Of a DNA stretch of 58,425 nt, positions 21,120 to 31,356 are shown piece by piece. Positions within the stretch are counted from its first letter, which is position 1; every line of letters begins with the position of its first letter. Source of the DNA: a virus (taxonomy: Duplodnaviria > Caudoviricetes); the IMG/VR virus record IMGVR_UViG_3300030376_003371, positions 1 to 58,425 of that record. One strand, given 5' to 3'. The translations under genes were made by a program, and so were the position numbers. Under the pieces are notes generated by a model. It ran no database searches, had not been told where the DNA came from, and saw nothing but the letters and a program-made list of their open reading frames with translations.

Positions 21120-22601
21120 TTATTCTTCAAATAATACAAAGTTGTTAGCACCCATAACACAAACACATCTTTCTGATAAGAAGTTAACTCTCATCTCATC
21201 AATGTCTGTAGTAGCTGCTCCACCTGCTGAACCTGTAATCCAAGTCTTGTAACGTCTGTCTTCAGTTTCTGAAGCTCTATAACGTACATGAAGGAAAGGA
21301 CGCTTAGCATTTTTACCCATTACTTGGTCATAAACGCTAGTAGAACCTGCCGGTACTAATAAACCTGTGATAGCACCTGAACCTGCAATAACAGGGTTGT
21401 TAGTTAAACCACCTCTCATTGTTGGGTCGTTCAAGTACTTCCAATCTGATTTATAAAAATCATAACCTCTACGGAATCCTGTGAATCCTAAGTTAAGAGC
21501 CATCTCTTCATCGTTGTCAAATAATCCATAAGATGAACCACCTGCACCGTAAGAGTTTTGAGCTGCTAACATATCATCAATATCAAATCCGAATTGTCTG
21601 TTAACAAAGATTACGTTTTCTTCAATTGAACCTTGCTTATCAAGTCTATCGATTACTGCATCAAAGTCAGCTAACGCATCAGGGTTTCCACCACCCCACA
21701 GGTTACCTCTAGTTCCTACAGCGTGGAATACACCTTCAGAACCTACAAGACCTGCAACTGCTGCACCTGAAGCTGCCTCTGCCGGTACTGCTTCAATCAT
21801 AGCTGTTTCTAAATAGTCATCGAATCTTAATCTTGTTTCATGTTCAGACTTCAAGTACCATAGGTATCCTGATGCACCATCTTCAGTTGTAATCTCAATC
21901 CATCCGATTTGAGCCATATCAGAACCATTTACTAGATATGTATCTTTTAAGATGATTGGATTGTTTTCAAAGATGTAGTCATCAGATTGAAGTGAACCAT
22001 CCATTCCTGCAGTTCCTTTTTGGAATTCAGAACCGTAGATAAATACTGTAACATCAGCATTACCTAATCCTGTTCCTGCAGTAACTAAACCTGCTGCTTC
22101 ATAGAAAGCAACTGTGAATTGTAAGATGTTACCACCAACTGCAACGTCTGTGATAATACCTTTGTTTTCACCTGAACCATTGTTTTGATTTACAACAATA
22201 GTTTGTCCAACTCTAAGAGCCGGTGCACCTGCTGCATCAAAAGGGTTACTACCTGTGATTACTGTACCTACAGGATTTGCTCCTATAGCTGAATCATTAA
22301 TTTGGAACGTTGCATTTAAAGCACCTGCTGCTGCTGCTGTTCCTACATCTACATATTTAATATGTAACCTTCCTTGTTCTGCCCATTTGATAAGGTCAGA
22401 ATTAGAAGGCATCTCAGCTCCTACCATTCTTAGGAACGAGCTAAGTGTACGATTACCATATCTTTCGAATTCTTTCTCATATGTATCAGGAAGATACTGA
22501 TTTAAGAAATCAAAGTTGGTAATGTAATTTGACTCCAATGGAACCTTCTGAGCACTAGGCTGTAAAGAAAATCCCGGAGTTACGTTTAAACTACCTGCCA
22601 T
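21120..22601 (-). CDS. Major capsid protein
   Basis: 493 aa, after portal and scaffold, followed by a hairpin; FLNQYLPDTYEKEFERYGNR...IKWAEQGRLH pattern of Bacteroidota podovirus capsids. Confidence 0.85.
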   Translation of the reverse strand: MAGSLNVTPGFSLQPSAQKVPLESNYITNFDFLNQYLPDTYEKEFERYGNRTLSSFLRMVGAEMPSNSDLIKWAEQGRLHIKYVDVGTAAAAGALNATFQINDSAIGANPVGTVITGSNPFDAAGAPALRVGQTIVVNQNNGSGENKGIITDVAVGGNILQFTVAFYEAAGLVTAGTGLGNADVTVFIYGSEFQKGTAGMDGSLQSDDYIFENNPIILKDTYLVNGSDMAQIGWIEITTEDGASGYLWYLKSEHETRLRFDDYLETAMIEAVPAEAASGAAVAGLVGSEGVFHAVGTRGNLWGGGNPDALADFDAVIDRLDKQGSIEENVIFVNRQFGFDIDDMLAAQNSYGAGGSSYGLFDNDEEMALNLGFTGFRRGYDFYKSDWKYLNDPTMRGGLTNNPVIAGSGAITGLLVPAGSTSVYDQVMGKNAKRPFLHVRYRASETEDRRYKTWITGSAGGAATTDIDEMRVNFLSERCVCVMGANNFVLFEE

Positions 22602-22623
22602 TTTACTAATTTTTAAATGTTAA

Positions 22624-23760
22624 TTATTTTTTATTACTTCTAATTTTGAGTCCTCTACCCTCACTTGGGTTGATTGCTCTAATTGTCATACCATCTTTCT
22701 TAGCTACTTGCGGCGCATTCCTTGTAGACATATTAACATTTTTTATTTTTTTTGTTACATCTGTCGTTGCATCAGATTGACCTTGTTCATAAAAGAACTT
22801 AGCAAACCTTTCAGGATTTTGAGCAATAGCTAATGCTCTATGGTATCCTTGTGCGTCAGATACTAAGCCTGTCTTATCATCAAGAAACTTATTTATAAAG
22901 TTTGTTGAATCAGAATTCATACGCTTAATCTCAGACACATTCTTAGAAGGTAAAAAAGTAATCACTTTGTCTTCACCAACTTTGAAGTCAAAACCTTTGA
23001 ACTCCGGGTGGAAAACTTCCTCGGTCTTATCTAAGAACCAATCTCGTTTTCTTTTCGCCTCTTCTTCATAGGTCTGAGCATCTTGCACATATTTATTGTA
23101 AGCCTCTAGGTTTTCTTGTTGCTCTTGAGAAATGGATTTAACACTTGACTCAAGTGGTTCCTTGTACATCTCTTTTTGCTTCTCAAAAAACTTTTTAGCT
23201 TTACCAATCTCTTTTTTAAAAGCTACTTTCTTTTTCTTTATTACACTTTCTTCATCAATATCTGCATCATAACTAAAATCCTCCATCATATAATCTATGT
23301 CTTCAGAATCTAATGCATCTTCAGTTGCTGAGTAATATTCTCTTAAAAGTTGCTTTTCATCCATAGCATTAAAGTCTCTATTCAATTTTGAATAGTCTTC
23401 AAAACTACGTCCTGTTTTTTTTCTATACTCCAAATATGCGGCAACGTCTTCAGGTATTTCTACGTTTGATTCTTTTTTCTCAAACAAATCCCCTACTGAC
23501 GATACCTCTTTGTTGTATCTATTCTTAATAAATGAAAGAACATCTTCCTCATTTAACTCTGAGGATTGAGTTTCAATTTCTTCTTTAGGTGTTTCAGCCG
23601 GAGCTTCTACACTTTCTGTTTGTTGTGGTGTAGTCTCTTCTACTACATTCACATTTTCAGCTACTTCATTTTTCTGAGCAGCTTTGTCAAGAACTTCTTG
23701 TTCTTTCTCAGCCATAGATTTTTCATCTACAGACCCGAGGTCTTTTACTTTAATTTCCAT
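22624..23760 (-). CDS. Putative scaffolding protein
   Basis: Acidic helical protein between portal and capsid genes. Confidence 0.7.
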   Translation of the reverse strand: MEIKVKDLGSVDEKSMAEKEQEVLDKAAQKNEVAENVNVVEETTPQQTESVEAPAETPKEEIETQSSELNEEDVLSFIKNRYNKEVSSVGDLFEKKESNVEIPEDVAAYLEYRKKTGRSFEDYSKLNRDFNAMDEKQLLREYYSATEDALDSEDIDYMMEDFSYDADIDEESVIKKKKVAFKKEIGKAKKFFEKQKEMYKEPLESSVKSISQEQQENLEAYNKYVQDAQTYEEEAKRKRDWFLDKTEEVFHPEFKGFDFKVGEDKVITFLPSKNVSEIKRMNSDSTNFINKFLDDKTGLVSDAQGYHRALAIAQNPERFAKFFYEQGQSDATTDVTKKIKNVNMSTRNAPQVAKKDGMTIRAINPSEGRGLKIRSNKK

Positions 23761-23776
23761 TTGATTTAATTTTATA

Positions 23777-23784
23777 CAAAGTTA
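23777..23784 (-). promoter_or_regulatory. Bacteroidota -7 promoter element
   Basis: TAACTTTG upstream of the scaffold gene. Confidence 0.7.
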
Positions 23785-23811
23785 ATAAATATATTTCGTT
23801 CAAATTATTTA

Positions 23812-26247
23812 CTATCTCGGTTCAAATTCAGCTAGGTCAAACCCATCTAAACTATCCTCGTTTGATTCGAAATTTTGTGGTGGAAGATTATTCTTCCTTT
23901 GATTTATAAGCTTAGACTGTTCTGTGTTTTGCTGAGAGATTCTTTCTTTCTTTGCTTCCTCTCTTGCTCCTTCACGAAACGCTAAAGCATTTTCTGAAAC
24001 ATTTCTAAGTTGTTGGTTGTACGCAAATTCCTCTGCCATCAACTGACTCTTAAGCTGTGCTTCGTTTTGCATTTTTTCTATTTCAAAAGCAATCTCAGCT
24101 TGTTTTACTTGAATCTTAGTGTCTAACTCCATTTTAGACTTTTGTAAGTCTGCTTGAGATTTAGCCTGTACAAGTTGCATTTGTTGTTGCGCAGCCATTT
24201 GCTGTTTCTGCATCGCCATCTGCTGTTCTTTTTCCTGCTTTTGTTTTCTCTTTAATTTTAATAATTGATTAGCAAGTTTTAAATTTTTAAGCTCTCTAAT
24301 ATCAATAGCGTCTTCTAAATTAATATCACCTTTAGATAAAGCCATTTGTATATTCTGTTCTAGTTGAGCCTTTTGTTCTTCATCCGGTGCCACTTCAATA
24401 AATATTCCAAAGTCATATATATATAAATCAGATATATCATTTAATATACTTACATTATATTTTCCAATCTTATTTGTAAAGTCATCTTTGAAATCTGAGT
24501 ATTCTAAAATATCAGCTACTCTATAAGTTAAAGCTTCAGATAAAGTTCTAAATATATATAAGGCTCCATCAAGAATATGTCTAGTGGCTACGTTAGAATT
24601 TAAAGCAGCTAACTTTTGTAGACCAACTAAAGAGTTAGGGTCAGGACTTGAAGCGTCTCTAGCTTCATTTAATCCCGTCACCTGTCTTATCATATTTAAA
24701 TAATGATTATAGTTGGATATTAATGTTTGAGTTTTACTTGCTCCTGAATTAGTAGTAAGTTCTTTAATAGGGACTTTACCTTGGTTGTAGTCTCCTTCTT
24801 GAGTATAACTTCTACCAATAACAGAACCGGTTTGGAAATATAATCTTAATGCATCTTCAGGATTATAAGCACCACCTGTTCCAAGGTCTACTTCATTCAA
24901 TCCATCAGCATCAATGTATACACCATCCGGTACAGTCCTCGCTATTACTTGTTGTAACTTCAAGTGAGTTACTTGAATCAAGTCAGCAAAAGGAATCATT
25001 CTACGAGTTAAAGACTCAATAACACCTTTATACATTCTTGGTGCCACAGCTACATAGTTAGGCAAAGCATGTTGACTAGATGATTTTGGACGAACCATAT
25101 TGTGAGCTAATTCCCATTTTAATAAAATGTTTGTTCCCATCACCATAACTCCGTCATACCATACATCAATAGTCTTTTCAATTTTTTCAAACTGACCTTC
25201 CTCCATAACTTCAACAGGTGGATTAAATTGGTCATCTTTCTCAATAACCTTGCTTCCGCCTGTAGCCATTATCTTTTTCTTGTATACTATTTTTTTAGTT
25301 GTCTTGTAGTTGAAATATAAAAGAGTACAAGTGTCTCTGTAAAACATATCGTTCTCATAGTATTGAGCTACGTTATAGTAGTCATACCAATTCTGACTGT
25401 ACTTACTAATTTCTTCTAAGTCTTCGTTTGTTAGTGAAGGGTCAATCTTCATTAACTCAATAATAGGTAGTGTCTTTACTTCACCCCAATAAAAACAATC
25501 TTTAAAGTGAGGGTCTTCTGTGTAGCTATATACAATATTAGCAGGGTCAACATATGAAACCTTCACACCTGAACCTAATAAAAATTCATGCTTAGCTACT
25601 GAGATACCTAAAACGGTTAAATCATAGTCTAACCTTTTTCTTAAATCAATATAGTGATTCTCTTCAAAGATAGTATTGATAGCTTCTTCTTCAGCTATTT
25701 CAATTGCCGGTTTGTAATTGATTTGCATATATAAAGAAAGCTCCTCATCTGTTTGAGGTAATTGGTCAGGTGAAACTGTAAAAGCGTCAAACCCTGATTG
25801 CTGTTGCAAATCCATCAAGAAATCTTTAGAAACCATTTGAGCTTCTACCATGTCTTGATACTTACTTCTTTTTGATTGAGACATTGCATCTTGTGCGTAT
25901 GCCTTTACTTTGAACAATCTATCAGACATCCCGTTTACAACTATGTCAACAAACTTAGGAATGATAGGAACCGGAGTCCAATCTAAGTTTAAATAACTTA
26001 AATCACCATCTATGGCTAACTCATTCTTATATTTTGCAACTGACTGCTCCCCTCTAGCGTATAAACGCAATCGGTGAAACTGACGGAATTGGTCGTAGAA
26101 TCTACAACTTATTCCATCTCTTCGAAACCATTCATACTGAATTGCTTGACCTATTTGTAAGCCATATTCCTTGGTTTCCTTTTCTGCGTCAGATACAAAT
26201 TGACTCGGGAAAGCTGCAGATTTTATATTTACCTTTACATCTTTCAT
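23812..26247 (-). CDS. Portal protein
   Basis: 811 aa directly after the terminase; LNLDWTPVPIIPKFVDIVVNG motif; Gln-rich C-terminal barrel coiled coil. Confidence 0.85.
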   Translation of the reverse strand: MKDVKVNIKSAAFPSQFVSDAEKETKEYGLQIGQAIQYEWFRRDGISCRFYDQFRQFHRLRLYARGEQSVAKYKNELAIDGDLSYLNLDWTPVPIIPKFVDIVVNGMSDRLFKVKAYAQDAMSQSKRSKYQDMVEAQMVSKDFLMDLQQQSGFDAFTVSPDQLPQTDEELSLYMQINYKPAIEIAEEEAINTIFEENHYIDLRKRLDYDLTVLGISVAKHEFLLGSGVKVSYVDPANIVYSYTEDPHFKDCFYWGEVKTLPIIELMKIDPSLTNEDLEEISKYSQNWYDYYNVAQYYENDMFYRDTCTLLYFNYKTTKKIVYKKKIMATGGSKVIEKDDQFNPPVEVMEEGQFEKIEKTIDVWYDGVMVMGTNILLKWELAHNMVRPKSSSQHALPNYVAVAPRMYKGVIESLTRRMIPFADLIQVTHLKLQQVIARTVPDGVYIDADGLNEVDLGTGGAYNPEDALRLYFQTGSVIGRSYTQEGDYNQGKVPIKELTTNSGASKTQTLISNYNHYLNMIRQVTGLNEARDASSPDPNSLVGLQKLAALNSNVATRHILDGALYIFRTLSEALTYRVADILEYSDFKDDFTNKIGKYNVSILNDISDLYIYDFGIFIEVAPDEEQKAQLEQNIQMALSKGDINLEDAIDIRELKNLKLANQLLKLKRKQKQEKEQQMAMQKQQMAAQQQMQLVQAKSQADLQKSKMELDTKIQVKQAEIAFEIEKMQNEAQLKSQLMAEEFAYNQQLRNVSENALAFREGAREEAKKERISQQNTEQSKLINQRKNNLPPQNFESNEDSLDGFDLAEFEPR

Positions 26248-28466
26248 CTAATTATTTCGCTTTGTATGCCGGTATTAGTATACCTTGCAAAGTTAAGTTT
26301 TATTTTTGACTCTTTTCTTTCAGAAACATATAAGTGTTTTTGACAAGCCATTATAGCTAAACCTGAGCTAATACTAGCATCAAACTTAGTTCTGTTGTTA
26401 ATATCAAATTTTGCCCAATCAACTAAAGTTCTGTTAAAAGGCATTGTTCCCATTTCATCTGAGGGTCTAAATACTGATTCAAAATCCAACCCTATATATT
26501 TTTCTATGTACGATTCTATAGCAGAAGCATGTGCTTGTTTAACACCTTCACTTGTATTAGGTATACCTCCTAATTCTTTTTCTGTCTTAGACAATTTGTT
26601 GAATTGTTTGTCAGGTCTATTTAAACAATAGCGTCTATATCCTCTGTTTTTAAAATGATATAATAATCTTGGTTTATTGTTTTCCACTAATATAGGCATT
26701 CCATAAAATACACAAGCCATCAACACATCTTCAAAAAACATTTCAGCTGTCTGAGGTCTTGCAACATATTCTAAGAAAAACTCATTACTTGGTGCATCAT
26801 CTATATTAAATTTAGTTAAACCATGCAGAGCTCCATTTGAACCTCCTCCGCCTACGACTCCACTTATATCATATGAGTCACAACCAAATGCACCAAGGTG
26901 TTCATTTCCGGGATATTTTATTCCGTTCTTTTGGTGAGCATTGTTTTGAATGTTAGCTGATGGTAGCCAAGAAATATTAAACCTACCCTTACTGTCAGGA
27001 ATCCATATAACTTTAGAATCTTTTACTCCATTATCCCACACAAACTTTCCTCTTGTAATATGATGTTCTTTAATCATAGAGTCATTGTAATCTATTTGTT
27101 GGTAAAGCTTAGTTAAATTAAATATAGATTGTTTACTCTCATCTCTAAATGCATGAGACTCTGTACGAGGAAACTGTCTATAATATTCATTCAAAGCGTC
27201 AGCATCATTCTTCAATGAATCTACCTCAGCTTTCCAATAATCAATTGAACCCTGATAAATCATTTCCCCATCTATCCCCTCAACTTCGTGTGCAGGGTTT
27301 TCTAAAACAGGCATACCAAATCTATCTATAAAACCTTCCATGTTCCATTCCATAGGAACGAAAAGTGAATATAACCCACTCTTGGTTTGACCATTAGCGT
27401 TTCTGTTAGTTACATCTGAATCATAATATAGTTTTTTAAAATTATCTCCTCCTTTATCTAAAGCGTTGGAGGTTGACCCCATCATGCATTTACCAATAAT
27501 TTTGCTTCCTAGTCTCAAACAAGTTTTCGTTACTCGCCAATTATTTAAAATATTATTTGGCTTTACCCATTTTCCACTTTCGTCATGAACTAAAAGTAAT
27601 AACTTCTCTCCATCATAGGAGTTGTCATCTGTATTCTTCCAATCAATAGTGGTGTCTAAACCTTCCATATCATCCTCAAACATTTCATGCATATTCTTTT
27701 TAGTAATTTTGGAAGCAGGAATTCTAAAAGCTAGTTCAGTTTTCGGTTTATCCATACCATCTTGAATAGGTTTGAAAAAGAATGGAAGTCTGTTTGAGAT
27801 GGGAACTACTTTATCAGTAAACATTTTTTTAGCATCCGAACCGGTTTTAGATAGTATACCTACCCTTGCATCTTTAGCAAGAGTAGCTGTATTGATACAT
27901 TCAGAAGAACCCATAAAAGAAAAACCTGAACGTCTTATTTTTAAATATATTAAACCAAAGCACCTAGAGTCTGCCTTACATGCTTCCCAATAAATAAACA
28001 AAGCTCTGTTAGCTTCTCTGTAATCCGGATATCCAACATCAATTTTTGTCCATTGTAAATACATATAGTGAGAACCTGTAATATAATTTGGTACTCCTCT
28101 ATTCATAAACCAATACCCCTCTTCTCTTCGGTCAAATTCATTTTCTATATAATCAACGTATTGGTCTTTAAAAGAATTAGGCATGTCATTCCATTGAAAA
28201 ATAGATTTTATTTTTTCTAAATTTTTTGGAATGTTTCCTCGTTCCCAATATTGACTAAGCTTGTTATCACTTCTTTTATAAACTTCCTTGGGTTGTTTTG
28301 GTAATGCAATTTTTAAATTAGATATCTCTACTATCTTTCCAATTTGACCACTCTTAGATATAATAACTAAATCATATTTTTTGTTATAACCGTACAACCA
28401 ACTTCGACCTCTATTTTTATTAGAGATTACATTTTTAGGTATGTGGTTTTTTATTTCTTTAATCAT
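26244..28466 (-). CDS. terL: Terminase large subunit
   Basis: Walker A-like LKIRRSGFS, Walker B LLLLVHDESGK, coupling motif GSTSN, RNase H-like nuclease (FGCDSYD, LVENN, KFDASISSG). Confidence 0.92.
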   Translation of the reverse strand: MIKEIKNHIPKNVISNKNRGRSWLYGYNKKYDLVIISKSGQIGKIVEISNLKIALPKQPKEVYKRSDNKLSQYWERGNIPKNLEKIKSIFQWNDMPNSFKDQYVDYIENEFDRREEGYWFMNRGVPNYITGSHYMYLQWTKIDVGYPDYREANRALFIYWEACKADSRCFGLIYLKIRRSGFSFMGSSECINTATLAKDARVGILSKTGSDAKKMFTDKVVPISNRLPFFFKPIQDGMDKPKTELAFRIPASKITKKNMHEMFEDDMEGLDTTIDWKNTDDNSYDGEKLLLLVHDESGKWVKPNNILNNWRVTKTCLRLGSKIIGKCMMGSTSNALDKGGDNFKKLYYDSDVTNRNANGQTKSGLYSLFVPMEWNMEGFIDRFGMPVLENPAHEVEGIDGEMIYQGSIDYWKAEVDSLKNDADALNEYYRQFPRTESHAFRDESKQSIFNLTKLYQQIDYNDSMIKEHHITRGKFVWDNGVKDSKVIWIPDSKGRFNISWLPSANIQNNAHQKNGIKYPGNEHLGAFGCDSYDISGVVGGGGSNGALHGLTKFNIDDAPSNEFFLEYVARPQTAEMFFEDVLMACVFYGMPILVENNKPRLLYHFKNRGYRRYCLNRPDKQFNKLSKTEKELGGIPNTSEGVKQAHASAIESYIEKYIGLDFESVFRPSDEMGTMPFNRTLVDWAKFDINNRTKFDASISSGLAIMACQKHLYVSERKESKIKLNFARYTNTGIQSEIIR

Positions 28467-28735
28467 TTAGAACGTCTTTCAGCAAAGCCTTGCTTAGTAA
28501 CCGGTTTACTTTTACCCATTTCTAAAGCTTCTTTCTCTGCTTCTATTCTACTTAATATTTCAAAAGCATCCATGATGCACAATTTTTTTGTAGCTGCAGC
28601 GTTCTTAAGTCTATCAGCAGCTAAGTCATCATCTAAATCAGGTTTTATAATATCTTCTTTAGCAACCTTGACGAGCTGCTCAACAGCTCTATAACCTGCT
28701 TGAATTATTTTTAATTTAGTTTCTTGTAGATTCAT
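28463..28735 (-). CDS. Putative terminase small subunit
   Basis: Small helical protein overlapping the terL start; ATG at 28735 (the track start is TTG). Confidence 0.55.
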   Translation of the reverse strand: MNLQETKLKIIQAGYRAVEQLVKVAKEDIIKPDLDDDLAADRLKNAAATKKLCIMDAFEILSRIEAEKEALEMGKSKPVTKQGFAERRSK

Positions 28736-29291
28736 ATGCAATAATATTTTTAGACCTTATTCTATATAGTTTTTTTTGGTCAAAGCTGAACTCATATTCT
28801 GAGTCAGGCATAAACGTAACGATGTCGCCTTTTTTAATACCATGTCTTTCAATTGAAGGGCAAGTATACTCCATTGTTCCCATCAAAGGTTCGTGAGTAA
28901 AAGGTTTATATATATAAGTTTCTGTAGCCGGAAGAGGTGAGACAAAACAAAAAGGCTCAACTGCATACCATTCAGATATCTTTTTGTACATATAATACTG
29001 AGTATCGTCTATAAAAAACTTATTGTCTTTAAAAAAACTTTTACCGCTTTGCCTTCTTCCATGCATATCGTTGTAGTATTTAAAGACATTATGATGAACT
29101 AACAAGGTGTCTCCTTCTTCTATTGGTCCGGTATAATTAATAGGGGTACTTAATACAACAGCTTCTCTGTTTGAAAAAGAAGCAGACTCTTCAGAGGTAT
29201 CTAATATTATTTCTATACCTTCTATATTTTTTATATTGTTATATCTTCTATCATTAGCAGGTACAACAATAAATTGATTGGGTGATTGCAT
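28716..29291 (-). CDS. Protein with two tandem GroES-like domains
   Basis: AVVLSTP...IEEGDTLLVHH and GTMEY...IKKGDIVTF..SEYEFSFDQKKLYRIRSKNIIA both resemble the cpn10 core. Confidence 0.5.
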   Translation of the reverse strand: MQSPNQFIVVPANDRRYNNIKNIEGIEIILDTSEESASFSNREAVVLSTPINYTGPIEEGDTLLVHHNVFKYYNDMHGRRQSGKSFFKDNKFFIDDTQYYMYKKISEWYAVEPFCFVSPLPATETYIYKPFTHEPLMGTMEYTCPSIERHGIKKGDIVTFMPDSEYEFSFDQKKLYRIRSKNIIAYESTRN

Positions 29292-29296
29292 TTAAT

Positions 29297-29527
29297 TTAA
29301 AAATTTATATTGTACTCTAATGATATAGGCATTGTTGAGTTGAATTGTTTCCACAACAAAACTTCTTGTTCACTAGAATCTTCTATATAAATTTGATAAG
29401 CATTTTCTGTTGAGCTGTATTTAATTAAATGAATTGTATAATTTCCATTAAGAACCGTTTGCCCAACAAGGTAATGCATTCCTCCTGACTTATAATCAGG
29501 ACCTATTGAAATCTTTCTAATGTCCAT
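29297..29527 (-). CDS. Hypothetical protein
   Basis: First gene of the packaging operon, A-rich leader. Confidence 0.7.
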   Translation of the reverse strand: MDIRKISIGPDYKSGGMHYLVGQTVLNGNYTIHLIKYSSTENAYQIYIEDSSEQEVLLWKQFNSTMPISLEYNINF

Positions 29528-29548
29528 TTATTTTAATTTGATTTATAA

Positions 29549-29556
29549 CAAAGATA
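29549..29556 (-). promoter_or_regulatory. Bacteroidota -7 promoter element
   Basis: TATCTTTG directly after a terminator, at the head of the packaging operon. Confidence 0.7.
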
Positions 29557-29559
29557 ATT

Positions 29560-29588
29560 AAAAAAAAAATACCCCTTAAAGGGGTATT
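29560..29588 (-). terminator. Intrinsic terminator
   Basis: AATACCCC-TTTAA-GGGGTATT followed by a T run on the minus strand. Confidence 0.85.
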
Positions 29589-29671
29589 ATGCGAGGGCGG
29601 TGCCATACAGGATTAATCACGAAGACATCTCCACACAGGAACCATCACGAAGACGGTGCCATACAGGAACC
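29588..29671 (-). repeat. Three tandem imperfect 28-nt GC-rich repeats in a 3' UTR
   Basis: Minus strand: GGTTCCTGTATGGCACCGTCTTCGTGAT / GGTTCCTGTGTGGAGATGTCTTCGTGAT / TAATCCTGTATGGCACCGCCCTCGCATA. Confidence 0.9.
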
Positions 29672-29682
29672 ACCAATATATT

Positions 29683-30690
29683 TTAAAAGAAAGAACTACT
29701 TCTAGGGACATTAGTGGATTGCCCCGGTGTTACTATAACTTGACGTAGTATGCTTGAGTCAAGCGGACTCCTTGCATAACTTAAAGTCATTGGGTTTGAT
29801 GGCTGTCCAAATATATAAGGAATAGTGTGATTCGTTAATGTAAAATCAGGGTTTTCTATTCCAATAACCATTCTAAAAACTACCTTCATCATTGGAATTG
29901 CACCTACAAATTGCGGGTCTCTAGTATTCCACCCGAAAGTTGCTTGTACATTTTTAACCGATAATACCGGTGCAATAAATATATTTTGAGGATTATCCTC
30001 TATTACAAGTCCATTCGGAAAAGGAATCGATGTAATTTCTGTACTTGTTGTATTGTGAGGTGTATATCGGTTAGCTAAAAATTGAAGATTATTCATAGGA
30101 ACTTGTATCCTTGCTGTGTCGAAAAGTAATGGGTCTGAAAAATCTACTGCGCTACCATTTGCGGCTAACACCAAATCATTTTGTATGCTCCACTCAGTAA
30201 CAAGGGGATGTACTGTAAAATCAGCTGAAGAGCCATCAAGACTTCTAGCTACAATTTTGCCTCGACCCCAATTTGTGTTTCCAAACTTTGAGGTTGTATA
30301 AGTTCCGTTTAAATGTGGAGGGTGAGTCCAACCACCGTTTCTACTAGGTCCACTCATTTCAATATTCCTACCTTGTGGTCTGTATAATTGTAAAAAAAGT
30401 CTTGCGCTTGGATTATTCAATATCCAATCTTTATTGCTACCTAACAATCCATTAATTCCTATACGAGAAGAATTTCCATAAGTTATACTTCCACCTGCAC
30501 TTAACTTTAACTGATAGAGTTCGGGTACAGGGATTGTAAGTGATGTGGGTAAGTTTGAAACAGTATAATCTACTATACCATCAACAGTAATGTTCTTTGT
30601 TACATTTTGAGGTAAGCCACTTGTTTCAGAAATTAGAATCTTATCATCACCCTTTGGTGTTACTACACTATAGTTGGCTATTTTACCCAT
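29683..30690 (-). CDS. Putative fibre/virion accessory protein
   Basis: N-terminus (MGKIANYSVVTPKGDDKILISE...TKNITV) is shared with 37699-38166. Confidence 0.55.
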   Translation of the reverse strand: MGKIANYSVVTPKGDDKILISETSGLPQNVTKNITVDGIVDYTVSNLPTSLTIPVPELYQLKLSAGGSITYGNSSRIGINGLLGSNKDWILNNPSARLFLQLYRPQGRNIEMSGPSRNGGWTHPPHLNGTYTTSKFGNTNWGRGKIVARSLDGSSADFTVHPLVTEWSIQNDLVLAANGSAVDFSDPLLFDTARIQVPMNNLQFLANRYTPHNTTSTEITSIPFPNGLVIEDNPQNIFIAPVLSVKNVQATFGWNTRDPQFVGAIPMMKVVFRMVIGIENPDFTLTNHTIPYIFGQPSNPMTLSYARSPLDSSILRQVIVTPGQSTNVPRSSSFF

Positions 30691-30692
30691 AT

Positions 30693-30926
30693 TTATTTTT
30701 TAGTTACATCGCCTGTCTTTAAATTTATCATAGAATCCTTTCCGTATTTTTCAACTAGATGGTCTTCCATCTTAGAAAATTCTATTTGTAATTTATTGAC
30801 TTGACTTAATAATCCGTTCTTTTGAAGTTCAAGTTCACCTATAGCTAATTTAAATTTTGTTAATTGCTCATTAGCTTTTTGTAAGTCAGTTAACTCTTGT
30901 TCTGTTAATTTTAGTTCTGTACTCAT
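30693..30926 (-). CDS. Small coiled-coil protein (possible fibre chaperone)
   Basis: Heptad pattern; ends YGKDSMINLKTGDV. Confidence 0.6.
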   Translation of the reverse strand: MSTELKLTEQELTDLQKANEQLTKFKLAIGELELQKNGLLSQVNKLQIEFSKMEDHLVEKYGKDSMINLKTGDVTKK

Positions 30927-30949
30927 TGTATTAAATTTAATTATTTATA

Positions 30950-30957
30950 CAAAGATA
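30950..30957 (-). promoter_or_regulatory. Bacteroidota -7 promoter element
   Basis: TATCTTTG upstream of 30926. Confidence 0.7.
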
Positions 30958-31356
30958 CTATTTTTTATTTTTAATCTTTTCAAAAGACCTGCCGCCAAAA
31001 TAGGCTGAGATTACGGTAATTAAAGTAAGTTGCAAAAGGTCTGTCCACTTATCTTCTACTTGAAAGGTTATCATACCTGCGTCAATAAATATCATAATAA
31101 TAGTTGACACCACTAAAAAAACAAGTATGATTGGTCTTACATTTCGAGTAAGCCAAGATGCTGAGTTATCAGACACCCATCTTTCAGTAATATTTTTTTC
31201 CATGTCTGCTTCATGCTTCATAAACAACTCAGTCATTTCTTTTTCAAAAGCATCCTTTTCTTCTTTGGTTCTTACAAATTTATCTACTATACCTGCTAAA
31301 CCATCTGCTACTCCGGTGGCTGCTCCACCAAAAATTTTTTCTAATATTTTTTTCAT
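30958..31356 (-). CDS. Holin (GTA 3TM-holin-like)
   Basis: SWLTRNVRPIILVFL...AYFGGRSFEK motifs, hydrophobic helices, next to the endolysin. Confidence 0.8.
   Translation of the reverse strand: MKKILEKIFGGAATGVADGLAGIVDKFVRTKEEKDAFEKEMTELFMKHEADMEKNITERWVSDNSASWLTRNVRPIILVFLVVSTIIMIFIDAGMITFQVEDKWTDLLQLTLITVISAYFGGRSFEKIKNKK

Noticed and set aside
29588-29671. CRISPR or TIGR array
   Set aside because: Only three contiguous units, no unique spacers of adequate length, no box C/D pattern, and no recognisable Cas or Nop-domain gene
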